In this document: positions 58,533 through 64,000 of the stretch, one piece after another
How the letters are laid out: every line of letters starts with the position of its first letter
Position numbering within the stretch: position 1 is the stretch's first letter
Origin: Thermofilaceae archaeon
Lineage (GTDB): Archaea > Thermoproteota > Thermoprotei > Thermofilales > Thermofilaceae
DNA: 64,000 nt
Assembly (NCBI GenBank): GCA_038861545.1
Contig: JAWCCZ010000003.1
Coordinates: 189,444-253,443, forward strand
Direction: 5' to 3'
The notes under the pieces: model-generated
Database searches by the model: none
What the model was told of the DNA's origin: nothing
What the model saw: the letters and a program-made list of their open reading frames with translations, nothing else
Program-made: the position numbers and the translations under genes

Positions 58533-61500
58533 ATGAAGGGGGAAACATATAGGAGTAAGGTATTAGCGCTAGCTTTAGGAACCCTAATAGCTTTAACTGC
58601 TTTAACGTTATTAGCGCCACCCGCTCAAGCAGCACCGGGCGAGTATAAGGCAATCCATATGATCTTAAAGGACTGGGATGGCAAACCTTTCGCGAACGAG
58701 AGAGTTAGAGTAGCTGTATGGAACAGTACAACTTCAACTAAGTACCCTGGAGGCTATCCACTCGCCTATTTCGACGGGACAACGGATGAGAACGGCCGTA
58801 TTCAGCTGACTTTAACCGGGATAACACCCATACCCGATATGGATCCCGGATACTCAGGTACCAGCTACAACATAACTATTGCTATACAGAAGTACGGGAG
58901 ATGGTTCCTCCTCAACCAGAGAACCGATTTAGGGTTTTCAGTTCTCCTCAACTTCTTTTTCAACAAGACAGTACTAGCTGACCACTGGTGGAGCTTTAGA
59001 TTTTACGCCGAGGATTACCTTTACGGCAGTGGATTGTACTCTGAGAGCTTTTACGGCGGCGAGTTCGCCAGCTTCAAAGTATTCCTCGGTGGAACCCTGC
59101 TAACCGAGATTTGGGCTGATGAGAATGGCGTAGCTAAGGAGTTATTCAATATCTCTGACACAGAGGTTACCTTCAAAATACCGAGAACAGGCTGGATACT
59201 AATCTCCGGTAAAAGCAACGTAACGTTAACGAAGGAGGTCTACTGGAACCTCCTTAAAAATAGGGATGACATTGTACCAGTAAAAGTTGGCAAAGACCTC
59301 CTAATAATAGGGAGGACAGAGGGTGACACGGCCTTCTATAATATGACAGACTTAATAGACGGTTCTTCCACTGGTCTAGTTACACTATTTAATTACCCAA
59401 CAGATCTCACTAACTACGCGTATACGAGGATGCTTGGTATAACAATCGTGGATCCGTGCGGCGGCGATTTAACGCTAGGGGATCCTACGTTTTGGGCTGT
59501 TACAGTGCAGGCCGACCTTGACGGTAAGAAAGTTATACTGAGGAGCGCGAAGCCGGATTATTATGGGGGAACTGAGCTGTTCTACGTACCTGATATTTCA
59601 AGCGTTTACGGGAGGAATGTTACAATTATCGTAACATTCTATAATGTGCCAGTATTTACTCTCTCCCTAAACATTACCGCCCTGGAGGATATTGAATACG
59701 ACTTCGACCCCTATGTAGATGGCAGTGAAGTAACGACGGATGACGGTATAATTAGTATTACTGCACCTGTTTCAGTGGTGCCAGTCAGAATAATGGTATT
59801 TGATTTGCAGCCTAATCCTCAACCCCTCGCCGGGGCTAGGATAATAATTGAGGCTGCTATTGCTGACCCGATTTACACTGCGACCGCCTATAATGGTTAC
59901 GTGCAAATGCCGCCTTTCGATATAATAGGGATTGCTGATACCTCGAACGGCGGCGGCGAAGCCTACTGGGGCTTAGTACTACGGCCAGTCTACGGAGAGT
60001 ATGGGTACCTGCCGGTGCCGTACGAGTACAGGAGGAGTACCGACTTAGTTTTCGAGTATAGGGTTAGAGTGTTCTGGAGACTACCTGGAGGCATGAAGTG
60101 GGTTGAAGTAACTGACCCTGAGAATTCGACGATCAGCTTGAATTTCGCAGAGCTATTAGAGGCAGGCGAGCAGTGTGAGATCCAGGACTTCGGGATTTAC
60201 GCTAAGGTGTTCGAGGCTAAGGTGAAGCTGCAGGATCTATGCGGGAGAGATATTTCACCGTCCGCCTTCCCTGGAGCGATGGCTGTCGTCTTCCTCGATG
60301 ATACGGAGATCGGCGGCGTAACGCCGGGTCCGGACGGCACTGTTACGCTGAAGTACGTTCCCGGAGGAAACCTAAAGGTTCGGTTAACGTGGAAGGGTAT
60401 CTTGATGAGGGCTAACGTGACTCAGCCGGAGCCTGTGATAGCTGTTGAGAAGAACGTAGCTATCGCACCGACGCTCGTGTTCCCGATCGGCGACCTGAAT
60501 TTAACGTTGACGATGTGGGACGTTAACTACCCGATCGAGGGACTTAACGTCACGCTCCAATACTTTAAAGATGGTAAGCTTGCGTTCAAAGAGAAGTGGG
60601 CTAGAACAGACTGTAATGGCTTGGTCACGTTTGAGCGAGTACCATTGATGCCGCTTGAGCCGGCCCGCTACGAGGTAAGAGCCATAGCTTACACTCATGA
60701 GACTCCATATACGAGAGATGTGGACGGCAACTTACTCGTAGCTAACTCGACTATTAGCTGGAGCCTGCTAGCGAAGGGAGGCGTCCCTGTATGCAAGAAC
60801 GAGTTAACTCTACCTACTTGGATCTACAGCTTCACTTTAATGGCTGCTGATCATTTAGGCAACGTGTTAAGGAGTTTGAGAACAAGCGCGGGCACTTACC
60901 CGGTAGCTGTTCTACTGAACGATGGAAGTTACGAGGAGAGGCCGAGCTGCTGCGAGTGCGATCTACCGCTCGCATGGGTGACCGTTGATTTCAGGATCTT
61001 CAACAAGACTACCACCGCCGCGCCGGACGCGGTGTTCAAGTACATATCGCAGCAGTACTACGAGAGCGACCCTGAAGCCGAGGAGTGGGGCTTTAAGCCG
61101 CACATGTTCATCGCCGGCGCCAAGTACTGGTTCGCGGTATTCCACGGTGGAGTCCTCGTCTACAACTACACGATCACTCTGCCGAGGCCTGATGAGACTA
61201 CTACTGAAACGGTCAATGAGAGCGGTATAGTGCACCCAATCTTTGAGTTCACTGGAGCCCCGAGCCACCTAGCCGGCGGCGGTAGGGCTCAAGCTGCGCT
61301 GAAGCTGATCACTTGGGTGCAGCATATCAAGGTTACTACGATGAGCAACGCCGCCACCTACGCGGTGCCGAGGCTCAACTTAACTCTAGTGAGGACTGAC
61401 GCACTCAACTGGACCCTCGCAGGCGATTACGATACGCTGACCGCTGGGCTCACAGACCCAACCGCGTGGGAGGATCTGTGGACTGGCTACGCCTGGAGCG

Positions 61501-63557
61501 CTGTAGGCGACGATAAGGGCGTAATATCAATACAAATACCGGTATGGCAGCCAACTCTAAGTGACCCATGGCTGAATAAAATTAAGTTCGGCAGCGAGAT
61601 AACCAGGGTATACGTCTTAGCCGGTAAGAAGTGGAATAGCCCAGGCGTACCCGACACGCCGAAATCCACCGACTTAACAATAACTAACGCCTCCGAAATT
61701 GACTTAACCTACGGTATCTACGGCTACATTGTTAACTGGAACCACACAGCAGGTAAGGTAACCTTTGATCCAGAGGAGTTCTTCAAGCCGTGGAACATTA
61801 CCACTTGGTGTGGCGTCGATAAAACCGTGAGGACTCTCGCAATGGACGGCTTCTGCGTTGACGTGCTGGCTCCACCGCCTTGCCCAGGCGGCGAGAAAAC
61901 CGGCTTAGCGAACCAACTGGTCTGGGTTGACGTCGTAGGTGCTACTGATGCTATAATTGAGAAGTACGCTAGCGGGGTAACAGATGCAACTGGCAGGGTT
62001 ACCTTCAAAGCTCCGCCTGTAATCACTTACAAGTTCTGCGTTGAAGGCGCTGAAGACTTCCCGAGAATTGAATACACTGTTAAGACTAAGCAGAACTTCG
62101 AAGAACTGTTGAAGCCGTACGGTTTAACTGAGGAGACAGCTGGGCTCTGCCCGGAGATTCAGAGCGTAACTGTATGTTTCACCGAGGACCACAACGCCGG
62201 CAAGGAGTGCGTTGAGCTGACGTGGGAGGCCGTCTACTTAACAATTGAGGACTGGAGTGGTAGGCCGCTGAAGAATATGATGGTAGCTGCAAGCAAGATG
62301 TACCCGGAGGTTGCAGGAGGTATATCGACTCTAGCGTTTAGCGGCGATGGCGGAGTTACTAGACTACTAGTATCCACTGAGAGCGCTTACTCGGTGAAGG
62401 TCTTCTGGCGCGACAGTTACCTACTCTTCAAAGCCGGCAAGATACCCGCTTTCATCGACATCTACGATAGCATAGCTGACGAGTGGCCAAAGATGTTGTT
62501 CGCTCACCAGGTAATGGAAGTTACAGGCTTCACTGTATCGCCTGGCGCTACAATTAAGACGTTCGTGTACGTTGGGCAACTACAGTTGTTGACAAAGGAT
62601 GGTAAACAGCTGAGCCCAGAAGCGCTCAGCAAGTTAACTGTAACGATAACTTGGCCGGACATGGTTAAGACGAAGCACAAGCCGGAGAGCGACGGTAGTG
62701 TACCAATACTCTTAAACAAGAATACCGTGACGAGCTGGCCGTTCGATGCCAGCAAGGCTTACAGCCCAGAATCCGCGTTCCCGCAATCTCCACCGGGCAG
62801 CTACAACGTTGTTGTTGAGTGGGAGGGTGTCGGCAAGATAGGCGAGAAGACGTTCAGGATACAGAGGGCTAAGATGGATACGCCGGAGTTCAGAGAGGTC
62901 GTAACTATTGATGTAGCTGATGTAACGTTTACGCTGAGAACTCCGTTCGGTACACCCATGGCTGGTGCCTCTGTAACGGCTGCCAGGCTTGACGGTACAA
63001 CTCTGAAGCTAACCGCTGACAGCGAGGGTAAAGTAACAGTGCCTGAAGCCCCACTAAGCGTCGCTACTGTTACCGTCGAGAATTGGAACGGTCAACCAAT
63101 CAACTTCAAGGCTGAGAGAGCTGCTGCTGGAGCCCTTACCGTCAACACTATTGGCAGGCTTGTAGTTACAGTCGTTGGCGCTAGAGGCCAAGGCCTCGAA
63201 GGTGCTAGGGTGAAGATATCCGGAGCAGGAGCAGCCGTCGTAGGTACAACGGATTCAGCAGGCAAGTTTGCAGCCGAGCTACCTTCAGGTAGCTATACAG
63301 TAGAGGCCGAGAAGGGAGGTAGAACTGCATCGACCACCGCATCCGTAACCGGTGGCCAGACCGCTGAAGCTACTCTGAGAGTAGACGTCTTCATGACTGT
63401 CGCCGGCTGGGAGATGAGCTTCGCTGAGTTCGCCGGCTTACTACTGCTCATCGCAGTGCTAGTGATCGTGCTGTTCATCCTCGCCCACGAATACGCTGTC
63501 TGGAGACGCAGGAGAATCGCTAAAGCCATTGTACCAGCGAAGGCTGAAGGAGCTTAA
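58533..63557 (+). CDS. S-layer-like glycoprotein (1674 aa), signal peptide and C-terminal TM anchor
   Basis: Signal ending PAQA, beta-rich Thr/Val/Tyr composition, ~21 N-X-S/T sequons, carboxypeptidase-regulatory-like repeats, TM followed by RRRR. Confidence 0.82.
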   Translation: MKGETYRSKVLALALGTLIALTALTLLAPPAQAAPGEYKAIHMILKDWDGKPFANERVRVAVWNSTTSTKYPGGYPLAYFDGTTDENGRIQLTLTGITPIPDMDPGYSGTSYNITIAIQKYGRWFLLNQRTDLGFSVLLNFFFNKTVLADHWWSFRFYAEDYLYGSGLYSESFYGGEFASFKVFLGGTLLTEIWADENGVAKELFNISDTEVTFKIPRTGWILISGKSNVTLTKEVYWNLLKNRDDIVPVKVGKDLLIIGRTEGDTAFYNMTDLIDGSSTGLVTLFNYPTDLTNYAYTRMLGITIVDPCGGDLTLGDPTFWAVTVQADLDGKKVILRSAKPDYYGGTELFYVPDISSVYGRNVTIIVTFYNVPVFTLSLNITALEDIEYDFDPYVDGSEVTTDDGIISITAPVSVVPVRIMVFDLQPNPQPLAGARIIIEAAIADPIYTATAYNGYVQMPPFDIIGIADTSNGGGEAYWGLVLRPVYGEYGYLPVPYEYRRSTDLVFEYRVRVFWRLPGGMKWVEVTDPENSTISLNFAELLEAGEQCEIQDFGIYAKVFEAKVKLQDLCGRDISPSAFPGAMAVVFLDDTEIGGVTPGPDGTVTLKYVPGGNLKVRLTWKGILMRANVTQPEPVIAVEKNVAIAPTLVFPIGDLNLTLTMWDVNYPIEGLNVTLQYFKDGKLAFKEKWARTDCNGLVTFERVPLMPLEPARYEVRAIAYTHETPYTRDVDGNLLVANSTISWSLLAKGGVPVCKNELTLPTWIYSFTLMAADHLGNVLRSLRTSAGTYPVAVLLNDGSYEERPSCCECDLPLAWVTVDFRIFNKTTTAAPDAVFKYISQQYYESDPEAEEWGFKPHMFIAGAKYWFAVFHGGVLVYNYTITLPRPDETTTETVNESGIVHPIFEFTGAPSHLAGGGRAQAALKLITWVQHIKVTTMSNAATYAVPRLNLTLVRTDALNWTLAGDYDTLTAGLTDPTAWEDLWTGYAWSAVGDDKGVISIQIPVWQPTLSDPWLNKIKFGSEITRVYVLAGKKWNSPGVPDTPKSTDLTITNASEIDLTYGIYGYIVNWNHTAGKVTFDPEEFFKPWNITTWCGVDKTVRTLAMDGFCVDVLAPPPCPGGEKTGLANQLVWVDVVGATDAIIEKYASGVTDATGRVTFKAPPVITYKFCVEGAEDFPRIEYTVKTKQNFEELLKPYGLTEETAGLCPEIQSVTVCFTEDHNAGKECVELTWEAVYLTIEDWSGRPLKNMMVAASKMYPEVAGGISTLAFSGDGGVTRLLVSTESAYSVKVFWRDSYLLFKAGKIPAFIDIYDSIADEWPKMLFAHQVMEVTGFTVSPGATIKTFVYVGQLQLLTKDGKQLSPEALSKLTVTITWPDMVKTKHKPESDGSVPILLNKNTVTSWPFDASKAYSPESAFPQSPPGSYNVVVEWEGVGKIGEKTFRIQRAKMDTPEFREVVTIDVADVTFTLRTPFGTPMAGASVTAARLDGTTLKLTADSEGKVTVPEAPLSVATVTVENWNGQPINFKAERAAAGALTVNTIGRLVVTVVGARGQGLEGARVKISGAGAAVVGTTDSAGKFAAELPSGSYTVEAEKGGRTASTTASVTGGQTAEATLRVDVFMTVAGWEMSFAEFAGLLLLIAVLVIVLFILAHEYAVWRRRRIAKAIVPAKAEGA

Positions 63558-63579
63558 AGCAGTTTAAAATAAATTCCAC

Positions 63580-63586
63580 TTTTTTT
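63580..63586 (+). terminator. Putative oligo-T terminator of the S-layer gene
   Basis: T7 run 22 nt after the stop codon in pyrimidine-rich context. Confidence 0.5.
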
Positions 63587-63624
63587 ACCTTCCCTCATAT
63601 TTTTATTGCAGTGTATTTTATCAT

Positions 63625-64000
63625 GTGAAAGTTTACCTCAGCAGGGGTGCTCGCTCTAAACTGGTGAAGCTCGGTGCCCGCAGAGCCTTGGATGCCGCTC
63701 TACTGGATCCTGATCTTGCGCGGTTTATCGGTAAGATGAGGGTTACGGCTAATCCACCCGTGTCCACCGGCTTAGACGTTCTCACCCGTAGAATACAAAT
63801 TGAGCTGTTGAGTACTGGGGTTCGCGGCCTTGACTCCTTACTCGGTGGAGGCCTTGAACCCGGTTATGTGACGGAGCTTATAGGGGAGTTTGGGGCTGGT
63901 AAGACTCAGCTTTGTCATCAGCTTGCTGTTATGGTTCAGCTTCCCCGTGAGCGGGGTGGTTTATCAGGTAAAGCTCTCTACATTGACGCTGAAGGAACTT
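63625..64000 (+). CDS. RadA-like recombinase, 5' part (runs off window end)
   Basis: Not in the ORF track. Manual translation from GTG 63625: ...[64 protein letters not shown]. Confidence 0.9.
   Translation, partial: MKVYLSRGARSKLVKLGARRALDAALLDPDLARFIGKMRVTANPPVSTGLDVLTRRIQIELLSTGVRGLDSLLGGGLEPGYVTELIGEFGAGKTQLCHQLAVMVQLPRERGGLSGKALYIDAEGT

Noticed and set aside
1-64000. CRISPR arrays, IS elements, integrases, rRNA, and the many short antisense or nested ORFs in the track
   Set aside because: No regularly spaced repeats, transposase/integrase motifs or tRNA-derived att duplications seen; nested ORFs are shadows of well-supported genes.

Overview
Archaeal chromosomal window, most consistent with Thermoproteota (Thermofilaceae-like). 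Evidence: intron-containing tRNAs with bulge-helix-bulge (BHB) motifs at non-canonical positions, short-leader promoters, an archaeal KaiC/RAD55 ATPase and RadA-like gene, and a giant C-terminally anchored S-layer-type protein. About 45 kb (roughly 1.7-48 kb) is a compositionally mosaic cell-surface glycosylation region. It holds 11 intact GT2/GT4 glycosyltransferases, wecB, rmlA-C-D plus a non-canonical SDR instead of rmlB, a DegT aminotransferase, a nucleotide-sugar dehydrogenase, an Asn-synthetase-like amidotransferase, three 855-1153 aa GT-C-like polytopic membrane proteins, a duplicated two-gene Ig-fold surface module, a membrane-anchored GH50-like hydrolase and several frameshifted or decayed genes. 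The right part holds tRNA-Leu(TAA) with two introns, an NAD-kinase-like/wHTH fusion with an altered GGDGT motif divergent from nadA-nadC-nadX (best candidate for an undescribed system), tRNA-Gln(CTG) with a 36/37 intron, a ~1 kb repeat-rich non-coding region, a 1674-aa S-layer-like protein and the start of a RadA-like gene. No CRISPR array, rRNA, transposase or integrase was recognised. All calls come from motif recognition by eye; no searches were run.
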